Positions 1-9,413 of a stretch of 64,000 nt of DNA are shown here, one piece after another. Source of the DNA: Acidobacteriota bacterium (GTDB lineage Bacteria; Acidobacteriota; UBA6911; RPQK01; JAJDTT01); assembly GCA_965217775.1 (NCBI GenBank), contig CBDCJH010000002.1, positions 1,664,001-1,728,000 on the forward strand. The letters are read 5' to 3'. The notes under the pieces are model-generated. The model worked only from the letters and a program-made list of their open reading frames with translations. It was not told the DNA's origin and made no database searches. Each line of letters opens with the position of its first letter. Within the stretch, counting starts at the first letter, position 1. Position numbers and translations under genes: made by a program.

Positions 1-1
1 G

Positions 2-1861
2 TACTGGCCCGGCACACTCCCAATGTTCGCTGTTTCCGCGTTAGAAGTAGCAACGGATGAGGAACAGGCACGACTTACGGGAATGGCTCGACAGTTCTCC
101 AATGTGGAGATTCCCGTCCCAGTCACAGTGGGCACTGCGGCGCCTGCCGATCTGTCCTTCTCCATGCCTCCGCCCGAAGCAGGAATGGAACTTGCCGTCC
201 CCAATGATTCGGACGCAATCCGCGGGTCGATGAGCATGGCAATATGGGCAGTGCCGCGCATCGATCCATGGTTGGAGGTTCTTGTGGCAAGTCTGTCTTC
301 CGATAAGGCGCGGCTGGCGAAGTCAGCAACCAAGGTGGAAGCTGGTTGGTGGCGGGTTCCACCGTGGGTCACGCCGTCCGCCGATAGGCCAGTCGGAAAT
401 CTGCAAGATGGTCTTTGGCGCGCTGCGGTCGAGGTCTTCCGGGAACGTTCGGACAAGGACAGTGCTCGTCCGGAAGAACTTGCCGAGAAAATCGCCGCCG
501 TCGCCCGTTCCCACTACGGAAGTTCCGAAGTCGATGTCGCCAAGTGGCAGGGCCAGACGAAGGGAATCCTACGCGCAGAGACCACGATCCAACTCGATGA
601 TTGGCGCGACTGTCCTGTAGGCATGACAATCCAACTTGTGTTGACCCGTCCCGAACCGACCAATTTCAAGACGTGGATCCAGGACATGCCCAATCTTCCG
701 CCGAAGGTGTGGTGGTCTGCTGCCGCCCTTTGCGGCCTCAAACACGGCTACAAGAAGCTGGCCATCGGCTTTCGCGGTCAAGCCGCACTCCAAGAAGCGC
801 TCTCGGTGCATGCTTTGCGTTTGAGTAACACCGCCCTTCGGAAACTTCACTGGCCTAATCTATCTGGTGACCCGAGTTGGTGCAGGGAGGCGAGCGGGTT
901 CACGATATCTTGGGGCGACAGGAAGATCGACCAGAAACCGAATGGATCGCGCGGCCAGTGGTACGCGGCTGACTTCGGGAACGAGGACGTAAGACTTCAG
1001 GCCAAAACCGTCGCGAAACACATGAAGTGGCCATGTCTTCACATAGACCTCAAGCTCCCGTCCGGTCGTCTGCACAATTCCGGTCCGGGTACCATGTCTG
1101 TGCAGGGTCGGGAACTCGACATTCTTGGAGACGTGGAGCTACGGCTACCGTCGGGCTTCATCATTGAAGAAACGCTTGATGTTAAGGACTTCCGTCATCA
1201 TCTCGTCGTGGCCGCTGGACGACTTCCACAACCGCCGACGGCACCCGTAGCCGACACAGTTGTCCAACGGGCAAGAATCCCCGGTCTGACCTATGTGCCG
1301 GATTTTCTCAGCGAAGCTGAGGAAAGGAAAATCGTCGCAGAAATCGATCAAAACGACTGGATCGATGATCTCAAGCGGCGTGTGCAACACTACGGTTGGC
1401 GGTACGACTACAAGGCTCGGAAAGTCAACGTGACCATGCGTCTCGGTCAAATGCCCGGTTGGGCGCAAACGATAGCTCAACGCCTCGTTCAACGAGACCT
1501 CGTGCGCGAACTTCCAGATCAGGTGATCGTCAACGAGTACATTCGCGATCAGGGGATCAGCAAGCATGTAGACGCCAAATCGAGCTTCGCCGACGGCATC
1601 GCAATGATTAGCTTGTTGGAATCGTGGGAAATGGTGTTTCGTAATCAAGGCGGGCGTGGCAAGCGGAAGGAGACTCTCAGGTTGGAGCAACGTAGTGCGA
1701 CGATCATGGCGAAAGAAGCCCGGTATCAGTGGAGCCACGAAATACCGAAGCGAAAGACCGAACCGGCTGTCTCTTCACCCGGCAACGAGAAGAAGAGGCG
1801 AAGGGTAAAGAGAGTACGGCGTTTGTCGCTCACATTCCGCAAGGTGCTTAGCGAGCGTTGA
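2..1861 (+). CDS. Large protein (probably 5'-truncated by the window edge): unknown N-terminal region fused to a C-terminal AlkB-like 2OG-Fe(II) dioxygenase
   Basis: Frame is open to the window edge. From nt ~1277: IPGLTYVPDFLS..RRVQHYGWRYDY..PDQVIVNEY..KHVD (HxD)..WSHEI (distal His)..RRLSLTFR (2OG-binding Arg motif). Confidence 0.8.
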   Translation, partial: YWPGTLPMFAVSALEVATDEEQARLTGMARQFSNVEIPVPVTVGTAAPADLSFSMPPPEAGMELAVPNDSDAIRGSMSMAIWAVPRIDPWLEVLVASLSSDKARLAKSATKVEAGWWRVPPWVTPSADRPVGNLQDGLWRAAVEVFRERSDKDSARPEELAEKIAAVARSHYGSSEVDVAKWQGQTKGILRAETTIQLDDWRDCPVGMTIQLVLTRPEPTNFKTWIQDMPNLPPKVWWSAAALCGLKHGYKKLAIGFRGQAALQEALSVHALRLSNTALRKLHWPNLSGDPSWCREASGFTISWGDRKIDQKPNGSRGQWYAADFGNEDVRLQAKTVAKHMKWPCLHIDLKLPSGRLHNSGPGTMSVQGRELDILGDVELRLPSGFIIEETLDVKDFRHHLVVAAGRLPQPPTAPVADTVVQRARIPGLTYVPDFLSEAEERKIVAEIDQNDWIDDLKRRVQHYGWRYDYKARKVNVTMRLGQMPGWAQTIAQRLVQRDLVRELPDQVIVNEYIRDQGISKHVDAKSSFADGIAMISLLESWEMVFRNQGGRGKRKETLRLEQRSATIMAKEARYQWSHEIPKRKTEPAVSSPGNEKKRRRVKRVRRLSLTFRKVLSER

Positions 1862-1941
1862 CCGTCCGCGAAAAATCTTGTTTCGCGTGTTCAACCGAAA
1901 TTCCCGCTTCAGAATCAAGACAACTCCCAGACTGTTGTTGG

Positions 1942-3510
1942 TTACTCGAACCAGAAGGAGAACAGCTCCGCCTTCTCCAAGTGGAATTCCAGCCGGATCG
2001 CCTGGTCTTTGAGGGAGGCGGGATCGGCGGAACCCTCCCAGGCCACCTTGTGATTCGTGGAGTCGCCGCTGAACGACCGGCATCGCTCGCGGCTCCACTC
2101 GTCGAACCGCAGGCCGTCATGCTCTCCGTCGCCCCGGCGGACCGCCACTCGGACAGAGCCCCCCTTCTCCGTCCTGGCGTTGATGCGCAACCGGCCGCCC
2201 GGATGCCGGATGGGCCGCGTCAACATGCTCCCCTGATCGGCAGCCTCCAACGAAACGAATCCGTCGCGGCGCAGGGACGCCAGGCAGATGTGGCCGTCGC
2301 CGGCCCGGACGTCGCGGGAAATGTGCAGGCTCTCATGTCCCGTGTAGTAGAGGTCGACCCGGTCCTCGTGTTCGATGAGGCCCTTGGCGACGTAGACTCG
2401 TCCCCAATCGTAGGAGCCGTCAGGCCCCGTCTCCAGGAAGATGGGACGCTCCGGGTGGCGTTCCCAGTTCCGGCCGTCCCGGCTCCAGGCAAGTTGGACG
2501 TCGATCTTCAGCTTCTTCTCGACCTCTCCCTCCCGCTGAAAGGGGGGACGCAGGTAGAACATATGGAGAAACCCGAGGTAGACCCCCTCATACCGCATGA
2601 CCGGCATGCAATAGAGGGAGTAGGGGTCCAGCTCATCGGGGACCACCACGTGCTCGGGCTGGCTCCAGGTGAGTAGATCTGAGCTTTCGGAATAGGCGAT
2701 GCGCCGGATCTCGCCGGCGTTGATGGGCGGTCTCCGGTAATACATGACGACGCCGCGCTCGGGGTTGTAGGTCAGGTTGTTGGCAGTGTCGCTCTGGCCC
2801 CGGAAGATGGGGTTCTCCTTCTGGTCGGTCCAGTGGAAGCCATCGTCACTGAAGGCCACCCGGAGCTCCTGACCGCCGGCGATCAGTTCGGGATGGGGAT
2901 CGCGCCCGGCGGGACCCTGGTTGTAGATCATCAGAAAATGGCCCTGATCCCGCCATTTGGGAGGGGTTCGGATCACGCCGACGCTGTCGAAGCTGATCTT
3001 GTCGGCCCCTTTGAAGACGTTGTTGGCCTTGCTGCCGTCGACCTCCACCAGTCCGAGCTTGGGGGCGGTCCAACGAAGGCCGTCCCTGGACTCGTAATAA
3101 CGCGCGCGGCTCAACCAATAGAAGCCGGGCGGAGTGGGGATCTCGACCAACACGCTGCTGGAATCCCACAAACGGTAGAGACCGCTGTCCGGGTCTCGGA
3201 GAACGCTCACGTAGGTGACCGTCGTGTCCGGATTGAGGTCCTTCGTTCCGGTCGAGAAGAGCGGGTTCGAGGGGTGTTTTTCCGGCTGATGAACCTTCCG
3301 GCGAAGGGCCCGCACATCCTCGACCACGTGGTTGTCCATCAGGAGCTGGCGTTCGTGGCCGATCTCCAGCGGCTCGGTGGGGAGAATGGAGTAGGAGCCC
3401 TGAATGGTCCACTGGTGCTCGTGCTGCGACGCGGACAGGTTCAGGAAACAAGTCAGAAGGATCGCCGCGACCGTCCCTGGCCGGTTATATGTCACACAGT
3501 TCATTCGCAA
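1942..3510 (-). CDS. Secreted five-bladed beta-propeller glycoside-hydrolase-like protein (GH32/GH130-like clan)
   Basis: Signal peptide; RQLLMDNHVV N-terminal motif; repeated SxDGxxW Asp-box-like motifs; LRRDGFVS and C-terminal LFSFWF; GGAGG RBS before TTG. Confidence 0.75.
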   Translation of the reverse strand: MRMNCVTYNRPGTVAAILLTCFLNLSASQHEHQWTIQGSYSILPTEPLEIGHERQLLMDNHVVEDVRALRRKVHQPEKHPSNPLFSTGTKDLNPDTTVTYVSVLRDPDSGLYRLWDSSSVLVEIPTPPGFYWLSRARYYESRDGLRWTAPKLGLVEVDGSKANNVFKGADKISFDSVGVIRTPPKWRDQGHFLMIYNQGPAGRDPHPELIAGGQELRVAFSDDGFHWTDQKENPIFRGQSDTANNLTYNPERGVVMYYRRPPINAGEIRRIAYSESSDLLTWSQPEHVVVPDELDPYSLYCMPVMRYEGVYLGFLHMFYLRPPFQREGEVEKKLKIDVQLAWSRDGRNWERHPERPIFLETGPDGSYDWGRVYVAKGLIEHEDRVDLYYTGHESLHISRDVRAGDGHICLASLRRDGFVSLEAADQGSMLTRPIRHPGGRLRINARTEKGGSVRVAVRRGDGEHDGLRFDEWSRERCRSFSGDSTNHKVAWEGSADPASLKDQAIRLEFHLEKAELFSFWFE

Positions 3511-3523
3511 TTGATACCTCCCC

Positions 3524-4732
3524 TCAGAGGAACTTACCCTGCATCGACGTGGCCACGGACCGTACCAGACGGTCTCCCGTGGTGAAGAAGATGTCCTGGA
3601 TCTGTTTGCGCGTCAGTCCCAGCCGAATCGCCGCCCGCCGCATGGCCCGCAACTGCTCGTAGAGGTAGAAGGTCAGCTCGCCCCCCAGTTGATTGGTGGT
3701 GGGAGTCAGGTCTCCCCAGCGGGAGCCGTAGAACACGATCTTCCCTCGGGAGAAGGCCACGTCGCCCGAGTCGGCCCCGTACAGGATCCGGTCCGTGTCC
3801 ACCTGCGAGAAGAGCACGTCGAAGGATTCCATGGAACAGACGGCGGAAACTTCGTACCAGACGTTGGGAAGCCCGCGGAAAGCGGGGGCGGCTTTTTCGA
3901 TGGGATACGGAGAGAAGCTGCGCGCTCCGTGAGCCAGAATCCACTGGGCCCGGGGATAACGGTTGGCCAAACGGAGCATGTCGCTCACGTTTCTCGGGTC
4001 CGCGAAAGATTTCTTCATGCCCACGTGGAGCATGATGAGCAGTCCGTAGCGGTCGGCCACGGCAATCTGGTGCTCGGGGAGGAAATCGGTGATCCGGCAT
4101 CCAAATTCCCGGGTTGGGCAATACCTGGCATAGGGTTTCAGGCCCAGGAGACGGTGCTTCAGGATCGTTTCTTCCACCTCATGCGCCGAGATGGACGGCT
4201 CCACCAGCATCAGGGCGGCGGACCCCGGCTCCTTCCGGATCTCTCTGCCGGCGAATTGGTTCGATTTCCGGAAATCACACCGGTAGAAGGGGAAGGGAAA
4301 CGCCAGCCGCGTGATCTGACGGCCCGGCATCAGGACGCTTTCGACTTGGCGCACCGTGTCGATATCGCAGTCGGTCCAGACGGTTTCTGTCTTGAAGTCC
4401 TCTTTTCGGGCAAGCGCCGTCCGGTAGTTCAGGTCGAAGTCGGCCTGGTAGATATGGCAATGAGCGTCGAAGATCCGGGTGGGAACAAATTCGGAAAGTT
4501 CCTCTTCCCAGATCTGCCGGTCCAGAGGCTCCATCTTCCGAGGAATGCTTTCTCCTTCCCGTGTCCGGATGGATGGTTTTCGGACCGACGATTCGTCTTG
4601 GGGACGGGCGGAAGCCGTCCGCTGCAACCGGGTGGCCGCCAGGGCGCCGGCGCCCGCCGAAAGGAATCGCCTCCGGCCGACGCTCCGGCTTTCCGGCTCG
4701 GGTTCGGGTTTGGCGCCGCGCCTGCTGCGCAT
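3524..4732 (-). CDS. Tat-exported amidohydrolase-family (TIM barrel) protein
   Basis: GRRRFLS Tat motif; DAHCH (HxH), MLH, ILAH and ILYGAD metal-ligand motifs. Confidence 0.8.
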   Translation of the reverse strand: MRSRRGAKPEPEPESRSVGRRRFLSAGAGALAATRLQRTASARPQDESSVRKPSIRTREGESIPRKMEPLDRQIWEEELSEFVPTRIFDAHCHIYQADFDLNYRTALARKEDFKTETVWTDCDIDTVRQVESVLMPGRQITRLAFPFPFYRCDFRKSNQFAGREIRKEPGSAALMLVEPSISAHEVEETILKHRLLGLKPYARYCPTREFGCRITDFLPEHQIAVADRYGLLIMLHVGMKKSFADPRNVSDMLRLANRYPRAQWILAHGARSFSPYPIEKAAPAFRGLPNVWYEVSAVCSMESFDVLFSQVDTDRILYGADSGDVAFSRGKIVFYGSRWGDLTPTTNQLGGELTFYLYEQLRAMRRAAIRLGLTRKQIQDIFFTTGDRLVRSVATSMQGKFL

Positions 4733-4737
4733 CTGCT

Positions 4738-5844
4738 TCACCCAGCCCCCCACGGCTCTCGCCTGACCTCGGCGGCGGCTCCTTGCGGATCGGATTCAGG
4801 ATTCTGCGGCACTGCCAGCAGGCCACGGTCCCGCAGTTCCCTGAAGATGGCCTCTCCCAACAGACGGTATCCCTCGGGGTTGGGATGCCGGGGATCGCCG
4901 TAAAGGTCCGATTTCCCGGCATAGATCCCGGTCAGATCGGCACAGTAGGGAATCTGCGCGCAGCGGACCTGGGCCGCCTCGTAGTAGCGGGTCAGCGCCT
5001 CGTGGTACGGCGTTTCGCCGGGACGGAGCCGCTGCTGCCGCTCCTCCCACATTTCTTTCTCGCGAGGGGACGGGTCGTAGCTCCCGAATCCCATGATGGG
5101 CTGCAGCACTGCCAGGTACCGGATGCCGAACTCCTCTGAGACGGCGTTCATGATGCGCACGTTCTTCTCCCAAACCTCCTCGGCCTTCATTTCGTCCGGA
5201 TGACCCCAGTGCGGCTTCTGCAGGATGCCTTCGCCGAACCTCAGGAGCCGGGCCAGATTGGGCAGAAACAGGCTCTGGGCGGAGGTGCCGACCACGTAGT
5301 CCATGATCGCCTGCTGGGGATGGTTCACCATGGGAGTGGAGGCAGAGATGGACTTGACCAGTCCCAGGTCGTTGACGCCGTCCACCGAGATCACCACCTG
5401 GGGCTTCAGGGCCAAGGCGTCCCGGATCAGCTTGATCACCTCCTGGTTGGTGGAGTAGCTGCCCACGCCCCCGTTGTAGATGCGTGCCGGGATCCCTTCA
5501 CTCGCCAGCATCTCCGAGAGCGTGCCGGACCAGTGTCCCTGATTGAAGGGATCGGTGGTGGAGCCTCCCAGGGCCACGATGCGGAGCGCGCCTTCGTTCT
5601 CTTCGTCTCCAAAGACTTGGAAGGCCGGCTCGAGAGCGTAGCCCAAGTGGGGGTCCACGGACAGCGGTCCCCGGGAGGTCCCGACGAAACCCTTGGCCAA
5701 TCGCCGGTGAAACTCGCCGCCGCGAGACACCAGGAAACCCGAGGCCGGACCGGAGCCCAACGAAAGCAGCAGCCACGCCGCACCCTCCACGAGAAATAGG
5801 AGAACCAGCGCGAACCCTAGTCCGGTACCCAGCTTGCGAATCAT
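4738..5844 (-). CDS. Membrane-anchored SGNH/GDSL hydrolase
   Basis: N-terminal TM segment; ALGGSTT (block I), NGGVGSY (II), DGVND (III), DPRHPNPEG (block V DxxH). Confidence 0.8.
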   Translation of the reverse strand: MIRKLGTGLGFALVLLFLVEGAAWLLLSLGSGPASGFLVSRGGEFHRRLAKGFVGTSRGPLSVDPHLGYALEPAFQVFGDEENEGALRIVALGGSTTDPFNQGHWSGTLSEMLASEGIPARIYNGGVGSYSTNQEVIKLIRDALALKPQVVISVDGVNDLGLVKSISASTPMVNHPQQAIMDYVVGTSAQSLFLPNLARLLRFGEGILQKPHWGHPDEMKAEEVWEKNVRIMNAVSEEFGIRYLAVLQPIMGFGSYDPSPREKEMWEERQQRLRPGETPYHEALTRYYEAAQVRCAQIPYCADLTGIYAGKSDLYGDPRHPNPEGYRLLGEAIFRELRDRGLLAVPQNPESDPQGAAAEVRREPWGAG

Positions 5845-5956
5845 GTGAACGGCCTCCGGCTGTCGGCCCATTTTGGTGGAAAATCGGAATCTATCATAGG
5901 ATGGACCCGGTCGCAGGATGACCCTGCTGCTGACCGGCCGGAAAGGAAGCGAATCA

Positions 5957-7846
5957 ATGCATACGCCCGGAAAGGAACCAACCATTCGGCTCACGGCCGC
6001 ACAGGCCATCGTCAAATATCTGCAGAGGCAGTACAGCGAGCGGGATGGCTTCCGGCAACGGTTGGTGCCGGCCATGTTCGGCATCTTCGGTCACGGCAAC
6101 GTCACCGGAATGGGTCAGGCCCTGGAAGAATACGGTTCGGAGCTGCCCTATTATCAGCCCTGCAACGAACAGTCCATGGTGCATACCGCGGCCGGTTTCG
6201 CCCGGGCCAAACGCCGTCTGGCCACACTGGCCTGCACCACCTCAATCGGACCCGGCGCCACCAACATGATCACGGGCGCCGCCGCGGCCACCATCAACCG
6301 GTTGCCCGTGCTCCTCTTTCCCTCGGACATCTATGCCAATCGGAAGCAGGGACCGGTGCTCCAGCAACTGGAGCACCCGTCCGCCGGCGACGTGAGCGTG
6401 AACGACTGCTTTCGGCCCGTCAGCCGCTTTTTCGACCGCATCACCCGGCCGGAGCAGATCCTCACGGCCCTTCCGGAAGCCATGCGGGTATTGACCGACC
6501 CGGCGGAAACGGGGTCGGTTACCCTCTGTCTCTGCCAGGACGTTCAGCCGGAGGCCTTCGATTTTCCCGTCCATTTCTTCGAGGAGAGAGAGTGGCGGAT
6601 CGAGCGGCGCCTGCCCGACCCCAAGCGGATTCGGGAGGCAGTGGAGTTGCTGAGGGGGGCTCGAAGGCCCCTGATCATCGCCGGCGGTGGCGTCATCTAT
6701 TCCGAGGCCTCACGCCAGCTGGAGCACTTCTCCCGCCTCTGCGGTGTTCCCGTGGTGGAGACGCACGCCGGCAAGGGAGCCCATGGTCAGCCTTCGGACC
6801 TTCTGGCGGGAGGTTTGGGCACCACCGGGAACCCGGCGGCGACGCGGTTGGCCGCCACCGCCGACCTGATTCTGTGCGTCGGGACTCGCCTGTCCGATTT
6901 CGACACCGGTTCCCAATCGGGCTTTCAGCACCCGGACGTTCACTTCATCAACATCAACGTCTGTGGCCGCGACGCCTACAAGCAGGGAGCATTGCCCCTC
7001 CTGGCCGATGCGCGCGAGGCGCTGCAGGCGCTGACCGATGCCGCGCAGGAGGCCGGGATCGAGACCGAGCCGTCCTATCGGCGAGAGGTCGTCGAGGTCT
7101 GCCGGGACTGGGATGACGTCTGCCGGCGGGAGGTCAACGAGCAGGACTCCGAGGTGATGCTCCAGACGCAGTTGGTCCGAACTCTGCAGGAGGAGTCCCA
7201 GCCCGGAGATACGGTCATCGCCGCCGCCGGCAGCCCGCCCGGCGACATCCTCAAATTCTGGGACGCCACCGGGGCACGCCACTGTCACCTGGAATTCGGC
7301 TACTCCTGCATGGGCTACGAGCTGCCGGCCGGACTCGGCGTCCGGATGGCCCATTCCCAGGGTGAGGTCGTCGTCTTCATCGGCGACGGCACCTACCTGA
7401 TGAACCCCACCGAGCTGGTCACGGCGGTCCAGGAAGGCCTGAAGCTGACGGTTGTCATCAGCGAGAACCGGGGCTTTCAGTGCATCCGCGGGTTGCAGGA
7501 GCTACGGTCCGGGCAGGCCTTCGGCAATGAGTTTCGCCGGCGTAATTCCGAAACAGGACGGCTCGACGGGGACTACTTGAAGATCGACTACGCCGGGAAC
7601 GCGGCGTCCATGGGAGCCAGGACCTTCAATGTGGCGACGAAGGAGGAGCTGCGTCGAGCCCTTCGCCAAGCCCGGCAGGAAAGCCGGACCTGTGTGATCG
7701 TGGTCCGGACCGCCCGGGACGCGACCTCGCCCCCTTCAGAGCTCTTCTGGGACTTTATGGTGGCTGAGGTCAGCAACGACCCGTTGACGGTGGAACTGCG
7801 CCAGCGATATGACGAAGAACGTCGACTCCAGCGGTTCCACTACTGA
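5957..7846 (+). CDS. iolD: 3D-(3,5/4)-trihydroxycyclohexane-1,2-dione acylhydrolase (TPP-dependent)
   Basis: TIRLTAAQAIVKYL, GIFGHGNV, NEQSMVH, TTSIGPGATNM, HLEFGYSCMGYE, GDGTYLM; RBS GAAAGGAAG. Confidence 0.93.
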   Translation: MHTPGKEPTIRLTAAQAIVKYLQRQYSERDGFRQRLVPAMFGIFGHGNVTGMGQALEEYGSELPYYQPCNEQSMVHTAAGFARAKRRLATLACTTSIGPGATNMITGAAAATINRLPVLLFPSDIYANRKQGPVLQQLEHPSAGDVSVNDCFRPVSRFFDRITRPEQILTALPEAMRVLTDPAETGSVTLCLCQDVQPEAFDFPVHFFEEREWRIERRLPDPKRIREAVELLRGARRPLIIAGGGVIYSEASRQLEHFSRLCGVPVVETHAGKGAHGQPSDLLAGGLGTTGNPAATRLAATADLILCVGTRLSDFDTGSQSGFQHPDVHFININVCGRDAYKQGALPLLADAREALQALTDAAQEAGIETEPSYRREVVEVCRDWDDVCRREVNEQDSEVMLQTQLVRTLQEESQPGDTVIAAAGSPPGDILKFWDATGARHCHLEFGYSCMGYELPAGLGVRMAHSQGEVVVFIGDGTYLMNPTELVTAVQEGLKLTVVISENRGFQCIRGLQELRSGQAFGNEFRRRNSETGRLDGDYLKIDYAGNAASMGARTFNVATKEELRRALRQARQESRTCVIVVRTARDATSPPSELFWDFMVAEVSNDPLTVELRQRYDEERRLQRFHY

Positions 7847-9342
7847 GCTTCGGAAACCGGACGGATCCGTTTCCAGCGGGACGCCACCAACATGGATCCC
7901 AACAACAGCACCGCCAGGATCACGAATCCCCGGATCTGATCGTAATCCCATATGGCCTTGAGTCCCATGGCCGTGAAGGCCACTCCGGCCGCCAGGTTGG
8001 CGGCCATCAGGAACCCGGGCATCCTCAGTTCCTTCGGCAGGAACTTCCAATCCGACCAGATGTTGGCCAGGCAGTAGAAACCGCAGAGCAGGACTCCGGT
8101 GTAGATACCGGCTGGCGTCACGATGTCCAGAAGGTCGACTTCGGGAAAGAGCCGCGTCAACCAGAGGATGGCCAGGCCGCCCAGCAGGATCCAGAGAATG
8201 GTGGCCCATCGCAGTTTCGAATTCTCCAGCTCCGAACGCGTCTTCCCCAGGGTCAGTCCGAACTCGTAGAGGAGCCGATAAGTCACCTCCGGGCCGCCGT
8301 AGAGGATGCCGAAGAAGGCGAAAAAGACCCCGATCTTGTAGAGAGGCAGCAGCACGGGGCTCAACGTGGTGAGGAAGGTGGCCTGGTAGTTGAGCAGGTT
8401 GACTCCGTCCGGGACCAGGTAATGGGGCTGCAGGAGGACCGTGCCCAGAATCGAGAAACAGGCGGCGACCAGCACGATCATGGCGAAGCTGACCACCGTG
8501 TCGATGACCGCCGCCCGAACCCAGAGACGCGCCGGATGATCGGGGCGTGCAGCGACGCGCGCCAGCCGGGCGGGTGTCGCCGTCCCACAGTCGCTGTGAC
8601 CCCATTTCTTCTCCCGCAGGAAGGAGACATAGGCCAGGTAGTCGTAACTCTGGCCTCCGAGGGCAGCGGCATAGACCATGATCTCCAACCACGGGGAGCG
8701 GGCCGCCATCTCCGGCAGCTCCCGGGCCAGCCACTCGGGATAGGTCAGGGCGACAGGCACCAGGAAACCTTGCAGCACCTGCCACCAGTCGGGCCGAACG
8801 TGGAAGACGGCCACCAGGATGCAGCTCACCGTCACACCCAGAATCACCATCTGGGCCTTCTCCAGGAACTGGTACCGGCCGACGGCCAGGAGCAGAAGGG
8901 CAACCGCTACCCAGAGACTCGCCCAGGCGTGGAGGCTTCCTACGCCGAAGATCCAGGTGCAGATGGTTCCCAATACGCCTTCCAGGAAGCACAGCCAGAG
9001 TGGAGAGCAGACCACCGCCACCGCGACCATGAACAGGTTCATCCAGCCGGGAGGACCGGGGAAGGAACTCCAGCGCCGGCAAGGGTGCCCTCCGGTCAGG
9101 ATCATGTGGCGCATGCTGGTGTAGACCAGGACCCACTTGAGCAGGGCGATGAGCAGCAGGACCCAGAGAATCCGGTAGCCGAAGACGGAACCGGTCCGGG
9201 AAGGGAAGAAGATTTCTCCGCTGCCGATGTTGACCGACGCGATGATGGCGCCGGGACCGAAGAAGGCCAGCCAGCGGAGGGGACTCCGGGAAAGCAACGA
9301 AGGCGGAGGCGGGGGAAACCCCGTGTTGGATTCTTCGGACAT
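7840..9342 (-). CDS. Nramp-related (YcsG-like) LeuT-fold membrane transporter
   Basis: About 11 hydrophobic segments; FGPGAIIASVNIGSGE motif; lacks the canonical Nramp DPGN. Confidence 0.75.
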   Translation of the reverse strand: MSEESNTGFPPPPPSLLSRSPLRWLAFFGPGAIIASVNIGSGEIFFPSRTGSVFGYRILWVLLLIALLKWVLVYTSMRHMILTGGHPCRRWSSFPGPPGWMNLFMVAVAVVCSPLWLCFLEGVLGTICTWIFGVGSLHAWASLWVAVALLLLAVGRYQFLEKAQMVILGVTVSCILVAVFHVRPDWWQVLQGFLVPVALTYPEWLARELPEMAARSPWLEIMVYAAALGGQSYDYLAYVSFLREKKWGHSDCGTATPARLARVAARPDHPARLWVRAAVIDTVVSFAMIVLVAACFSILGTVLLQPHYLVPDGVNLLNYQATFLTTLSPVLLPLYKIGVFFAFFGILYGGPEVTYRLLYEFGLTLGKTRSELENSKLRWATILWILLGGLAILWLTRLFPEVDLLDIVTPAGIYTGVLLCGFYCLANIWSDWKFLPKELRMPGFLMAANLAAGVAFTAMGLKAIWDYDQIRGFVILAVLLLGSMLVASRWKRIRPVSEAQ

Positions 9343-9413
9343 GGGCGTCAGTATAAGGCGGCGTGCGACTCGTGGTGAAATTTATATTGGCAACTGATGG
9401 GAGTGAAGGAATC

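Noticed and set aside
1858-2676. 272-aa + strand ORF following the AlkB fusion
   Set aside because: It is the antisense shadow of the beta-propeller gene 1942-3510 and has no motifs
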